Assembly (NCBI GenBank): GCA_964016885.1
Contig: OZ024747.1
Location: forward strand, 61,442,001-61,506,000
Origin: Eledone cirrhosa
Taxonomy: Eukaryota
DNA: 64,000 bases
Direction of reading: 5' to 3'
In this document: positions 28,650-43,031 of the stretch, in pieces
Numbering within the stretch: position 1 is the first letter of the stretch
Layout of the letters: the number at the start of each line of letters is the position of its first letter
Position numbers and translations under genes: made by a program
Notes under the pieces: model-generated
What the model was told of the DNA's origin: nothing
Databases searched by the model: none
The model's input: only the letters and a program-made list of their open reading frames with translations

Positions 28650-29381
28650 CAAATTATAAATAAATAAAGTCAAATATGTAAAATTTGGCTTCGTACTGAG
28701 GTGTCGGTAAACAACCAACATATACTTTGCCTTTCATCCTTACAGGGTCGATAAAATAAAGTACCAGTAATGAACTGGGTAATTGCTGGCCATGTGCCAA
28801 AAGTAGAAACAAATATATATATATACGCACAGACATATACATATATATATATATATATATACAAACACATATACATATACATACACACACATGCACACAC
28901 ATACACACACACATATATATATATGGCAAAGTGTTGTAGTTTGCTTAAGGCATTATGGAATAAGAAATACAAATATAACTAGGAAATAAGTTTAATTATA
29001 TGGAAGCCCAACAATGCATGTGAGATTATAAGTGCCAAGGTAATAAGAATTAGAGAAAAGAGTGACAACAGTAGAATTTTAACTTAGCAGTTTTAATGAT
29101 CCCAAATACTTTTGGATTTACCATTCATTATCAAGAGAAGCCATGGTGGGGATGGCTTAGAGAGCTATCTAAGAAAAGTTGTTGATGGCTGGTAGATTTA
29201 ATTTGAATGAATGGAAAACACTTTAAGGCTTGATGTTTTGTGCATGTGTGTAGGGAAATACCGGTGTGAATATGTGTATGATATATATACATATATGTAG
29301 TGAGGAACGCAGATTTAAATTGAAAGAATGAATGAAAAAACGTTTATCTGTGTGTGTATATATACATGTATGTGTGTGTGC

Positions 29382-29430
<49 letters not shown>

Positions 29431-30639
29431 ACAATCACTCTTGCCTCAAGTGGGACTACCCCCGTCCAAACCCATGCAAGCGTGGAACACGGACGTTAAA
29501 CGTTGATGATGATGATGATGATGATGATGTATGTGTATGTGTGTATGTATGTATGTCTATATATATATATAAAACAAAAGACAATTTTCAAATTATTTTG
29601 AGGAATATTGTTATATAAATAACTTTCTCATTATTAATTCATTATTAAATTGATATTTGGAAAATGTTCTTACATAAAAATATGATGGAAGGTTATTTTT
29701 TTTTTTTTGGGGGGGGGGATTAAATATAAACACTTAATTATAAACAGTTTTCTATCATAGAACCTGGGGCAGTTTCAGGTGGTTTGGTATCAAAATGTCA
29801 ACATTCAGTTTCAAAGACAGACCGACAGACAGACTAATTTGTATATGCTGAACCAAAAAAAAAGGGCCCTGAACCTGGACATTGAAGGTGGAGCCTCAAA
29901 AATATCTGATGGCTTTGAACTAAACAAAACCCTCAGAATCTCTTTGAAATTTGAGAAGTGCTCTTCCCATTCCTTTCCCTACCACACTGAAACCAGCATT
30001 GCTTCACCTTGCAAAGTTTCTCTCAGAGGCCCTGTTTGACAGACATACAGACTGATGAATAAATTTATAGCCAGATGGCTATACAGGGGTGGTGAAATAA
30101 TTTCTGAATTTGGTGGGGGAGGAGGGATGGTTAGTCAATTTTGTTGTAGTGATTAGTTTAGCTGTTATTATCAAATATCAACCAAGATATGAAAAACTTT
30201 GATATGCGATAAACATAACATGTACATAAATTGTAGCGTATATACAAAGAGATGTGTGTTTTGGTAGTTTGAGGAGAAAAATATAATTATTGGGGTATCC
30301 ATGGCCCTCCTGGCACCCTCAGTTCCACCACCCCTCCTATAAATATAGCTGTATGTCTTTTACAAAATGAAGAATTTAATGTTTATGGCATAATTGTTGC
30401 TAGGTGCTGGTTGAAGGATATTGGTTATGTAACTAATTATAAACATTTTAAGATTATTACAGAAATTCTAAGAGACAAAGAAACAGTAATGTGGTTGTTT
30501 GCTGAACAATGAATGCATGAGAAGGATTTTATAGAAAATACAGATGCACAGAGTTAGAAAATAAAAGGACTATTATCATTTATTGTTATATACCCCAACA
30601 CATGTGGACCTCTTCTCATTGTAATAATGAAATAATAAT

Positions 30640-30965
30640 GATAATAATGAAAATTATTGTGTACAGTGCTCGGATGCACTACACTCATCAAAGGTGCATG
30701 TATAGTATATAGAATAATGTACAAATGTCAGGAAAGTGAACAGTGTATGAGTCATGATATACACACATACACATGCATGCGTGTGTATGAAGGGGGAATA
30801 TCAGGTGTAGTGTTGGCAAATTTCGGGAAGTATGGAAGTTTTAAAGGATGCAGTGTCTCGGCAGTTGACAACCGATGCATATAGTTTGTCCATGCATCAG
30901 CAACTCTGAGCGAGAAAAAAATGTTACCAAAAGTCATAGAAGCTGTGCTTTTTTCTGATTTTGTA
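30640..30965 (-). mobile_element. CR1-type LINE 3' end
   Basis: FFSLRVADAW..TAET motif, then a UTR ending in (ATT)n. The same UTR occurs at about 41360-41440 and 41630-41705. Confidence 0.65.
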
Positions 30966-32505
30966 CCATGTGGTATTATAATCTAAAACAGTTAAAAAAC
31001 AGGCTTCAAACTGCAATATTAGTAAAATCAAGGTTTACATAAATCATCATCATTGTTTAATGTCCATTTTCCACGCTAGCATGGGTTAGACAGGTTGTCC
31101 CGTTTAAGGCAAGTCAGGTCAGATGACCATGTTTTGCTGACACAGAACTGTTTCTGACTTGGTTTCTACAGCCAACCACATTTATAGTGTGTACTGGGTG
31201 CTTTTTGTCATGATACCGACACAACCTCTTTACAGTGTGTACTGGGTGCTTTTTGTCATGACTCCTACATAATCACTTTACAATGTAGGCTGGGTGCTTT
31301 TTGTCATGATACCGACACAACCTCTTTACACTGTGTACTGGGTGTTTTTTGTCATGACTCCTACACAATCACTTTACAATGTAGGCTGGGTGCTTTTTGT
31401 CATGACTCCTACACAACCAATTTACAGTGCGGGTTGGATGCTTTTTGTCATGACTCCTACGGGACCACTTTACAGTGCTTTTTGTCATGGCACCTACACA
31501 ACCACTTTGCAGTATGTAATGGGTGCTTTTTGTCATTACACCTACACAACCACTTTACAGTGTGTACTGGGTGCTTTTTGTCATGACTCCTACACAACCA
31601 CTTTACAGTATGTAATGGGTGCTTTTTGTCTTGACTGACACCTACACCTAAATGTATTTGAGAAACTACTTATACATACGCAACACTACTAAACCACCAA
31701 AGATTACCACTACTGCAATGTATGACTTCCCTATAATTAAATAGATCAACTACTATCATTATAACTACCCCCCACCATTCCAACAGACACCAGCAGCACT
31801 GCTACCATCACCTAAACAACCAAATACCATCACCATGACTACTACAACCACTACCACATATGTTGACACCATCACCACCACTCTACCCCCCCCCCTAGAT
31901 CACCACCACCACTATCACTCTACCCCCACTAGACCCCCACCACCACCACCACCACCTAACCGAATTAGCATAACAAAGAACTCCAAGAGACAATGTATGT
32001 TTAATCTAAGTCCAATTGACATATACCAGAAAACAAAGGAATTCTCCAAAACAATCCACACAGAAGCAAGAAATGTTACAATTCTTAGAATTTCTGAACA
32101 CTGTAAATCAGCTGGCTGTGTGCATGCATGTGTGTGCATGCATGTGTGTGTACATGCACATGTGTGTGTGTGTGTTTGCATGCATATTCACATCAATGTA
32201 CATGCATATGTGTATGTGTGTGTATATCAACCATTATTTAAACATTAATACAAAAAGTAATATTGTTTTACTTAAGGAACACCTGGTTTATTTGGCAATG
32301 AATATTTATGTGAGCATGTAATGTATGTATGTGTGCATGTATGCATGCATGCATGTGCACATGCCTGTGTAAATGTATACATGCATGTGTGTGTGAGTTT
32401 ATATCATCACCATGCTTGCATAGAATACACACACACACACACACACAAATATATAATATTTGAAAATAAAGGAAGAAAACACAGGAGACAATTGTACACA
32501 GTTAC

Positions 32506-32608
<103 letters not shown>

Positions 32609-32814
32609 TTTACGTATCGAGAAAGAGAAAAAAAGGGGGGGGATAGGTGATACATATAGTTATTTGCCAAGTATGCCCTAACACCGGCCAGAGTTACCTC
32701 CCTTGACCTGCTGCAAAATCAAAACAAGATATTTTTGCGAGCAATGAACCTTGATGTGGATTTAACCCCCAAAACTCTTTCCGAGCAATATAAGGAACAC
32801 TTGTGATTATTTAT

Positions 32815-32854
32815 GCCCTTGAGAAGCCCAACTGGGCGAAACGTACGTAGGTGC
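32815..32854 (+). ncRNA. Minimal hammerhead ribozyme, U3-A8 core variant
   Basis: gccc-TTGAGAA-gccc/aact/gggc-GAAA-C-gtac-GTA-ggtgc. Stem III is palindromic (ACGTACGT). The host element (~32605-32895) is bounded by (TA)n. Confidence 0.75.
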
Positions 32855-32893
32855 TGTTTTAACGGTCTATTCTCCGATTTTTTACTTTCCCAC

Positions 32894-32930
<37 letters not shown>

Positions 32931-33058
32931 TGAGTATAATGGAATATTCCACTATTACTTTTGGTAAGATGAGAAAAGCTCAATGCATGCTTTAGGCCTT
33001 CAGCACTCAAAGAATTCAAAGCAATCGAAATATTCTTCTGAATGTTAAAGTTCTAAGT

Positions 33059-33101
<43 letters not shown>

Positions 33102-33230
33102 AAAGTTTTATTTAAGATTGTTGGGTTACAACGAGTAAATATTTTATAACTGATATAAAAGCGCTCAACAGTTTCTGGAGTAGGTTTACGATATTAAACA
33201 AATGGAAACTATATTTATAAAACCATATTT

Positions 33231-33294
33231 ATTTCGTTATATATATTTCTGGGATATCATATTAAAAATATGGTATGCCTTCCTCAGACAAAAT
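33231..33294 (-). ncRNA. Minimal type I hammerhead ribozyme (inverted copy)
   Basis: Reverse complement of 33611-33674. Confidence 0.82.
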
Positions 33295-33610
33295 ACAATA
33301 CATAAGCTGTTTTATAAATAATTTTTGACATACCTTATAAATAATGCAACTTCCATCTAAAAAGTTGATTTGGTAGTGAAACTGTTATGACAGTTATATA
33401 GAAAGAAAAACGAAGATGAGAAGAAGAAGACATCTCTTCACCTTCTTCTTTTTTTATTTACATACATCTCTTCATCTTCTTCTTCTCATCTTCGTTTTTC
33501 TTTCTATATAACTGTCATAACAGTTTCACTACCAAATCAACTTTTTAGATGGAAGTTGCATTATTTATAAGGTATGTCAAAAATTATTTATAAAACAGCT
33601 TATGTATTGT

Positions 33611-33674
33611 ATTTTGTCTGAGGAAGGCATACCATATTTTTAATATGATATCCCAGAAATATATATAACGAAAT
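33611..33674 (+). ncRNA. Minimal type I hammerhead ribozyme
   Basis: attttgt-CTGAGGA-[aggcataccatatt ttt aatatgatatccca]-GAAA-T-atat-ATA-acgaaat. Confidence 0.82.
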
Positions 33675-33944
33675 AAATATGGTTTTATAAATATAGTTTC
33701 CATTTGTTTAATATCATATATATATATATATAGAGAGAGAGAGAGGGGGGAGAGGTAGAACATTGGAAGGTAATATCCGTAGTGGTAGAGCACTCAGTCC
33801 ATGGGACGAGTTAGGTAGAAGTGGTTACACAACAGTTAGTTCACCATACCGAGAACAATTGTTTGACCTTAGCGGTGAAACAATTGTTCTCGGTATGGTG
33901 AACTAACTGTTGTGTTACCACTTATATATATATATATATATATT

Positions 33945-33991
<47 letters not shown>

Positions 33992-33994
33992 GGT

Positions 33995-36900
33995 AATCAT
34001 TATCGTTTAACGTCTATTTTCCATGCTAGCATGGCTTAGATGGGTTTGTTCTACTTTGAGGCAAGTTGGGTCGGGTGACCATGTCTTGCTCATATAGAAC
34101 TGTTTCTGGCTGTTTTTCTATGTCTGGATGCCCTTCCTAATGTCAACCACATTTAGGTGCTGGGTGCTTGCTTTTTGCCATGTCTCCAACACAACTACTT
34201 TACAGTGTGTATGTGGGTGCTTTTTGCCATGTCTCTGACACGACCACTTTACAGTGTGTACTGGGTGCTTTTTGCCATGTCTCCTACACGACCACTTTAC
34301 AGTGTGTGCTGAGTGCTTTTTGCCATGTCTCCAACACGACCACTTTACACTACGTGCTGGGTGCTTTTTGCCATGTCTCCTACACAACCACTTTACAGTG
34401 TGTACTAGGTGCTTTTTGCCATGTCTCCTACACGACCACTTTACAGTGTGTACTAGGTGCTTTTTGCCATGTCTCCTACACGACCACTTTACAGTGTGTA
34501 CTGGGTGCTTTTTGCCATGTCTCCTACACGACCACTTTACAGTGTGTACTGGGTGCTTTTTGCCATGTCTCCTACACGACCACTTTACAGTGTGTACTAG
34601 GTGCTTTTTGCCATGTCTCCTACACGACCACTTTACAGTGTGTACTAGGTGCTTTTTGCCATGTCTCCTACACGACCACTTTACAGTGTGTACTAGGTGC
34701 TTTTTGCCATGTCTCCTACACGACCACTTTACAGTGTGTACTGGGTGCTTTTTGCCATGTCTCCTACACGACCACTTTACAGTGGGTGCTGGGTGCTTTT
34801 TGCCATGTCTCCTACACAACCACTTTACAGTGTGTACTAGGTGCTTTTTGCCATGTCTCCTACACAACCACTTTATAGTGGGTGCTGGGTGCTTTTTGCC
34901 ATGTCTCCTACACAACCACTTTACAGTGTGTACTAGGTGCTTTTTGCCATGTCTCCTACACAACCACTTTACAGTGTGTACTAGGTGCTTTTTGCCATGT
35001 CTCCTACACGACCACTTTACAGTGTGTACTAGGTGCTTTTTGCCATGTCTCCTACACAACCACTTTATAGTGGGTGCTGGGTGCTTTTTGCCATGTCTCC
35101 TACACAACCACTTTACAGTGTGTACTAGGTGCTTTTTGCCATGTCTCCTACACAACCACTTTACAGTGTGTACTAGGTGCTTTTTGCCATGTCTCCTACA
35201 CGACCACTTTACAGTGTGTACTAGGTGCTTTTTGCCATGTCTCCTACACAACCACTTTATAGTGGGTGCTGGGTGCTTTTTGCCATGTCTCCTACACAAC
35301 CACTTTACAGTGTGTACTAGGTGCTTTTTGCCATGTCTCCTACACAACCACTTTACAGTGTGTACTAGGTGCTTTTTGCCATGTCTCCTACACAACCACT
35401 TTACAGTGTGTACTAGGTGCTTTTTGCCATGTCTCCTACACGACCACTTTACAGTGTGTACTAGGTGCTTTTTGCCATGTCTCCTACACGACCACTTTAC
35501 AGTGTGTACTGGGTGCTTTTTGCCATGTCTCCTACACGACCACTTTACAGTGTGTACTAGGTGCTTTTTGCCATGTCTCCTACACGACCACTTTACAGTG
35601 TGTACTAGGTGCTTTTTGCCATGTCTCCTACACGACCACTTTACAGTGTGTACTAGGTGCTTTTTGCCATGTCTCCTACACGACCACTTTACAGTGTGTA
35701 CTGGGTGCTTTTTGCCATGTCTCCTACACGACCACTTTACAGTGGGTGCTGGGTGCTTTTTGCCATGTCTCCTACACGACCACTTTACAGTGTGTACTAG
35801 GTGCTTTTTGCCATGTCTCCTACACGACCACTTTACAGTGGGTGCTGGGTGCTTTTTGCCATGTCTCCTACACGACCACTTTACAGTGTGTACTAGGTGC
35901 TTTTTGCCATGTCTCCTACACGACCACTTTACAGTGTGTACTGGGTGCTTTTTGCCATGTCTCCTACACGACCACTTTACAGTGGGTGCTGGGTGCTTTT
36001 TGCCATGTCTCCTACACGACCACTTTACAGTGTGTACTAGGTGCTTTTTGCCATGTCTCCTACACGACCACTTTACAGTGTGTACTGGGTGCTTTTTGCC
36101 ATGTCTCCTACATGACCACTTTACAGTGTGTACTAGGTGCTTTTTGCCATGTCTCCTACACGACCACTTTACAGTGTGTACTAGGTGCTTTTTGCCATGT
36201 CTCCTACACGACCACTTTACAGTGTGTACTGGGTGCTTTTTGCCATGTCTCCTACACGACCACTTTACAGTGTGTACTGGGTGCTTTTTGCCATGTCTCC
36301 TACACGACCACTTTACAGTGTGTACTAGGTGCTTTTTGCCATGTCTCCTACACGACCACTTTACAGTGTGTACTAGGTGCTTTTTGCCATGTCTCCTTCA
36401 CGACCACTTTACAGTGTGTACTGGGTGCTTTTTGCCATGTCTCCTACACGACCACTTTACAGTGTGTACTAGGTGCTTTTTGCCATATCTCCTACACGAC
36501 CACTTTACAGTGTGTACTAGGTGCTTTTTGCCATGTCTCCTACACGACCACTTTACAGTGTGTACTAGGTGCTTTTTGCCATGTCTCCTACACGACCACT
36601 TTACAGTGTGTACTAGGTGCTTTTTGCCATGTCTCCTACACGACCACTTTACAGTGTGTACTAGGTGCTTTTTGCCATGTCTCCTACACGACCACTTTAC
36701 AGTGTGTACTAGGTGCTTTTTGCCATGTCTCCTACACGACCACTTTACAGTGTGTACTAGGTGCTTTTTGCCATGTCTCCTACACGACCACTTTACAGTG
36801 TGTACTAGGTGCTTTTTGCCATGTCTCCTACACGACCACTTTACAGTGTGTACTAGGTGCTTTTTGCCATGTCTCCTACACGACCACTTTACAGTGTGTA

Positions 36901-39282
36901 CTAGGTGCTTTTTGCCATGTCTCCTACACGACCACTTTACAGTGTGTACTAGGTGCTTTTTGCCATGTCTCCTACACGACCACTTTACAGTGTGTACTAG
37001 GTGCTTTTTGCCATGTCTCCTACACAACCACTTTATAGTGGGTGCTGGGTGCTTTTTGCCATGTCTCCTACACGACCACTTTACAGTGTGTACTGGGTGC
37101 TTTTTGCCATGTCTCCTACACAACCACTTTACAGTGTGTACTAGGTGCTTTTTGCCATGTCTCCTACACAACCACTTTACAGTGTGTACTAGGTGCTTTT
37201 TGCCATGTCTCCTACACGACCACTTTACAGTGTGTACTAGGTGCTTTTTGCCATGTCTCCTACACAACCACTTTATAGTGGGTGCTGGGTGCTTTTTGCC
37301 ATGTCTCCTACACGACCACTTTACAGTGTGTACTGGGTGCTTTTTGCCATGTCTCCTACACAACCACTTTACAGTGTGTACTAGGTGCTTTTTGCCATGT
37401 CTCCTACACAACCACTTTACAGTGTGTACTAGGTGCTTTTTGCCATGTCTCCTACACAACCACTTTACAGTGTGTACTAGGTGCTTTTTGCCATGTCTCC
37501 TACACAACCACTTTACAGTGTGTACTAGGTGCTTTTTGCCATGTCTCCTACACGACCACTTTACAGTGTGTACTAGGTGCTTTTTGCCATGTCTCCTACA
37601 CAACCACTTTACTGTGTGTACTAGGTGCTTTTTGCCATGTCTCCTACACGATCACTTTACAGTGGGTGCTGGGTGCTTTTTGCCATGTCTCCTACACAAC
37701 CACTTTACAGTGGGTGCTGGGTGCTTTTTGCCATGTCTCCTACACGACCACTTTACAGTGGGTGCTGGGTGCTTTTTGCCATGTCTCCTACACGACCACT
37801 TTACAGTGGGTGCTGGGTGCTTTTTGCCATGTCTCCTACACGACCACTTTACAGTGTGTACTAGGTGCTTTTTGCCATGTCTCCTACACAACCACTTTAC
37901 AGTGTGTACTGGGTGCTTTTTGCCATGTCTCCTACACAACCACTTTACAGTGTGTACTGGGTGCTTTTTGCCATGTCTCCTACACAACCACTTTACAGTG
38001 TGTACTGGGTGCTTTTTGCCATGTCTCCTACACGACCACTTTACAGTGTGTACTAGGTGCTTTTTGCCATGTCTCCTACACAACCACTTTACAGTGTGTA
38101 CTGGGTGCTTTTTGCCATGTCTCCTACACAACCACTTTACAGTGTGTACTAGGTGCTTTTTGCCATGTCTCCTACACGACCACTTTACAGTGTGTACTAG
38201 GTGCTTTTTGCCATGTCTCCTACACAACCACTTTACAGTGTGTACTGGGTGCTTTTTGCCATGTCTCCTACACAACCACTTTACAGTGTGTACTAGGTGC
38301 TTTTTGCCATGTCTCCTACACGACCACTTTACAGTGTGTACTAGGTGCTTTTTGCCATGTCTCCTACACAACCACTTTACAGTGTGTACTAGGTGCTTTT
38401 TGCCATGTCTCCTACACAACCACTTTACAGTGTGTACTGGGTGCTTTTTGCCATGTCTCCTACACAACCACTTTACAGTGTGTACTAGGTGCTTTTTGCC
38501 ATGTCTCCTACACGACCACTTTACAGTGTGTACTAGGTGCTTTTTGCCATGTCTCCTACACAACCACTTTACAGTGTGTACTGGGTGCTTTTTGCCATGT
38601 CTCCTACACAACCACTTTACAGTGTGTACTGGGTGCTTTTTGCCATGTCTCCTACACAACCACTTTACAGTGTGTACTGGGTGCTTTTTGCCATGTCTCC
38701 TACACGACCACTTTACAGTGTGTACTAGGTGCTTTTTGCCATGTCTCCTACACAACCACTTTACAGTGTGTACTGGGTGCTTTTTGCCATGTCTCCTACA
38801 CAACCACTTTACAGTGTGTACTAGGTGCTTTTTGCCATGTCTCCTACACAACCACTTTACAGTGTGTACTAGGTGCTTTTTGCCATGTCTCCTACACAAC
38901 CACTTTACAGTGTGTACTAGGTGCTTTTTGCCATGTCTCCTACACGACCACTTTACAGTGTGTACTAGGTGCTTTTTGCCATGTCTCCTACACAACCACT
39001 TTACAGTGTGTACTGGGTGCTTTTTGCCATGTCTCCTACACAACCACTTTACAGTGTGTACTAGGTGCTTTTTGCCATGTCTCCTACACAACCACTTTAC
39101 AGTGTGTGCTGGATGTTTTATGGTACCAACAAGTAAGGGTGGTGTGGGCAGAAGTGGGAGGGATTGGGGGGGGGGGGGTGTATATTGGATTAAGAGGGAC
39201 CTACTGAGTGTATGTATTACTGTATTGCACCAAGGATCTTGATCCTGTGTCAATGTCTTGGAGAGGCTCAACTGTGCCAATC
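33995..39282 (-). mobile_element. RTE-type LINE 3' end whose UTR contains an expanded minisatellite
   Basis: 39282-39200 encodes AQLSLSKTLTQDQDPWCNTVI, similar to the 25330-25400 C-terminus. The shared tail lies at 33995-34150. Confidence 0.7.
34190..39112. repeat. 48-bp minisatellite, about 100 copies
   Basis: Unit cctacac(g/a)accactttacagtgtgtact(a/g)ggtgctttttgccatgtct. Smaller diverged arrays lie at 31170-31640 and 48046-48215. Confidence 0.97.
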
Positions 39283-40369
39283 TAGTGAGGATGATGATGA
39301 TGATGATGATGATGACTATAATATTGATGATGATGATGTGGATAAAATGATAATGTATATGGTGGTGATGATGATGATGGTGATATTGATGATGATGGTG
39401 ATGATGATGATGATGACTACTATGGTGGTGATGGTGATGATGATGGTGGCTACTATGGTGGTGATGGTGATGATGATGGTGGCTACAATGGTGGTGATGG
39501 TGATGATGGTTAGAATGGTGGTGATAATGATGATGGCTACAATGGTGGTGATGGTGATGATGATGATGGTGATGGCTACAATGATGGTGATGGGCATGAT
39601 GATGATGATAATGACTACAATGGTGATGATGATGATGATGATGGCTACAATGGGGGTGATGATGATGGTGGTGATGGTGATGATGATGATGATATGATGA
39701 TGATGGCTACAATGGTGGTGATGGTGATGATGATGGTGATGGTGATGACCGTGATTCTCTTTTGTTTCAATATTTCCTTTATTACTGAACAGCTTTGGTA
39801 ACCATGTTACTCAGGTTGAGAGTGTGAGGGGGGGGGGATCTTGTTTCATAAATTTGTCAGGGTTTTAGCTATAAAAATGTTTCCCATAACCACACTATAT
39901 CACATATACAGTAAGACACACACACACACACACAATTATAGGTGAGTTTGTGCAAGTATGTGTGTCTGTTTGTGTGTACACATATATACACACAGTTTCT
40001 CTTTCTCCCTCCTACACAGATTACATGTTCCATAATTCTGTCAGATTTTAACCTTTTCATTACCAAATTTCTCATAAAATACCCTGCCTATGTGTTACAA
40101 TTAATTTTGAAAATAACCAAAATTTGGTGGAATATAATAAAATAACTAAGCTTTTCATTAGTAAGTTGATATTTAGAACATTACTTAATAAAAAATTTCT
40201 AAAATAAAATTATGAAGGAAGGTTTTAAAATTATGTGAGATAAAGCCTTTACCACAAAAATACAATAGTAAATCTAGAGTAATGTAAATGCTAATGGGTT
40301 AACTCAATAAAGTGCATGGCCCAGAGATCAGAGAGGCACTCCAGGTAGAGCCCCTACTTCTCTGAATTC

Positions 40370-40750
40370 CGACATTATGGGTGTGTGGATAAAATCTCTC
40401 AGGAAAAAATCGCTGGACTGATCTGCGGCTTGGAGATCAGAGAGTCACCCCACGTAGAGCGGCTACTTCCCTGAATTGAGAGATCACAGCTCTGATATTA
40501 TGGGTGTGTGATTAGAATGTCTCAGGAAAGAATTGCTGGACTGATTTTACAGGCAAAACCAACAGGTAGGAGACCCAGGGGTAGACCCCGAGCAAGATGG
40601 TTGGATAACATCCATGAGCTTGGCTGGTCACGCTTGGGGATTCAGCCAGATCAGTTGGAGATGGTTGCTTCTGACAGGACCTGCTGGAAGGAGTGTTTGA
40701 TGACTCTGTCTCCACAACCCTCTCAGGAATAAGGGGGTGAAGAAGAAGAA
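40370..40750 (+). mobile_element. RTE (Expander/Rex3-like) LINE 3' end
   Basis: RMSQER...PTGRRPRGRPRARWLDNI...DRTCWKECL..LSPQP then stop, followed by a (GAA)n tail. Confidence 0.78.
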
Positions 40751-40844
40751 GGTTTTAAAATAATAAACATTTTAAAATGAACAGTTTTGTATTATGAATC
40801 CAGAGCAGTTTCAGGTGGTTTGATATCAAAAGGGTCAACTTAGT

Positions 40845-41073
40845 TTAACCCTTTGGTATTTAAACCGGCCATATCCAGCCAAAATTCTCTCACCCCTTTC
40901 TGTTCAAACTGTCCATAACTGACCCCTCATAATGATGTTAAGTTATTGTTCTCAAAATAAATAATTTCAAAATTTCATAGATTTGATATTATGGGAAATA
41001 ATTATGTGAGGTAAAGCCTTTATTGTAAAAATGTAATAGTAAATATAGAGTAATGTAAATGCTAAAGGGTTAA
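40845..41073. mobile_element. piggyBac-type MITE
   Basis: TTAA-CCCTTT...AAAGGG-TTAA; same internal sequence as 12164-12392. Confidence 0.75.
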
Positions 41074-41157
41074 CTCTTTTAATCCTATGAATTCTTAACT
41101 ATATAAGGAAAAATATTATAGAGCAATTGTTAAAGAAAAGAGAAAAACAGTTGAACT

Positions 41158-42009
41158 TACCGCATATACACGAGTATAAGCCGACTTGAACATAAGCCTT
41201 CTCTCTTTATTTCATGTCTGAGAAATGGGCAGAAATCCAAACCCCTATTTACTTATAAGTTGAGGCAGTTAATCAACAATACATGGTGTATATAAGTTGA
41301 ACCCTTCGACCATTTTACCAGCGATCTTTTGGTCACGCTACATATTCTCCCTCCATACGCATGTGTGTGTGAGTGTATGTCCGTGTGTATATCATGACTT
41401 ATACTGTTCACTTTCCTGACATTTGTACATAATTCTATGATTGGTGGATTGGCAGTACCGGCAGATCATCAGACACCATGCTTTGCAGCATAGAGTTATG
41501 ACCCTTTACGTTCTGAGTTCAAATCCTACGAGGTTAACTTTGCCTTTCATCCTTATGGGGTCGCTAAAATAAAGCATCAGTAATGCACTGGGGTAATTGG
41601 TGGCTTTGTGCCAAAAGTAGAAACAATTATTCTATATTATATACATGCACTTTTGATGAGTTGTAGTGCACCTGAGCACAGTACACAATAATTTTCATTA
41701 TTATATTCCTCACTAGTCATGCAATGGGTAATTGCTGGCCTTGTGCCAAAAAGTAGAAACAATTATTATATTCCTCACCCTGTAGGGTGATGAATTGGCA
41801 GTATCGGTAGAGGGTTGGATGCCATGTTTTCCAACATAGTTACGTCCCTTTACGGTCTGAGTTCAAATCCCGTTGAGGTTAACATTGCTTTTCGTCCTTA
41901 TGGGGTCGATAAAATAAAGTACCAGTAATGTACTGGGTAATTGCTGGCCTTGTGCCAAAAGTAGAAACAATTATTATATTCCTCAGCTTATATTCAAAGA
42001 TATATGGTA
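41158..42009. mobile_element. Tc1/mariner (Tc2/pogo-like) non-autonomous element with nested retroelements
   Basis: TA-CCGCATATACACGAGTATAAGC at the left and GCTTATATTCAAAGATATATGG-TA at the right form imperfect TIRs. Confidence 0.5.
41443..41970 (+). mobile_element. SINE family B copies (41443-41626, tail at 41722-41762, 41785-41970)
   Basis: Direct similarity to family B. Confidence 0.75.
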
Positions 42010-43031
42010 AATAACATGGAATAACTATCTATCACTCTGAGGTGATATAAACCATAGATTTTTGTAAAACATATAAACATGTTACAACACATTGCAACTA
42101 ACAGAATCAGTTAACATTTAACTAATTATGCTAGTTACCACACTTGTGTAATAACGAATATCTGGTTGAATGGTGAAGTTCTGATATTTTGCAGAGGTTA
42201 CCTTACCATCCACCAGAATCACCTAAACTACCAAAATTGCTCCAATTTATGGCAGATAATTATACCACAAATAATAATTAGGATCATTAATATCATGATT
42301 AATTAATATTACTGTTATAATCTGTGTCACTCAACTTCTCATAAAACTCATAGAAATCATAAAAAAAAAGTGAAATAGACCAAAATCTTAGTATAGAATT
42401 TCTGTAAACAATCATCTTCATCATCATCACCGTTTAGCATCCATTTTTCCATGTTTGCATGGGTTATATGTGTTGTCCACTTCAGGAGACAAGTCTAGCT
42501 AAACTTGACAACACCGTACCTTGCTCCGATAAGACTGTAAATTTGGCTGGGGTTTTTACAGCTGGATGTCCTTCCTAACACTAACCACATTTACAGTGTG
42601 GAACATTTTCTGCTAATAATGTTATTATTCATAAGGTAGATTAGGAGGCTGGATGGAACCTAAGGGGTCTGACCCTTTCCCCAACACCACCATCATCACC
42701 ATCATCACCACCAGCACCACCACTACCACCACCAACACCACCATCACCACCACTACCATCACCACCCCCACCACCATCAACACCATCACCATCAACACTA
42801 CCACCACCACCATCAACACCACCACCACCATCACCACCGCTATCCCAACAGGTATGACTATGGGTCTAAATTCTTTTATGTAATGCGATGAAGGATTGAA
42901 GTGTCAGAAAGTGGGGAGAGGATGATATATATGGACATCTATGTGTCTGGCTATGGAGACATACAGGAAATGTGGGGTGGGGAGTGAGAGGTGGCAGCAG
43001 TTTATCACTATTAGAGTATTCACTACACATG

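Larger units (their letters stand above)
33099..33716. mobile_element. Fold-back Penelope-like element with two hammerheads
   Basis: About 33190-33435 and 33465-33715 are near-perfect inverted repeats, flanked by (TA)n on both sides. Confidence 0.7.

Noticed and set aside
34190-39112. CRISPR-like array
   Set aside because: The units are contiguous with no unique spacers, there are no cas genes, and the context is eukaryotic. The same applies to the 110-, 53- and 38-bp arrays.
34254-39242. 1662-aa Cys/His-rich ORF and overlapping ORFs, superficially like a zinc-finger or metal-binding protein
   Set aside because: It is the translation of a 48-bp repeat (a multiple of 3) that is open in several frames on both strands and derives from a LINE UTR.
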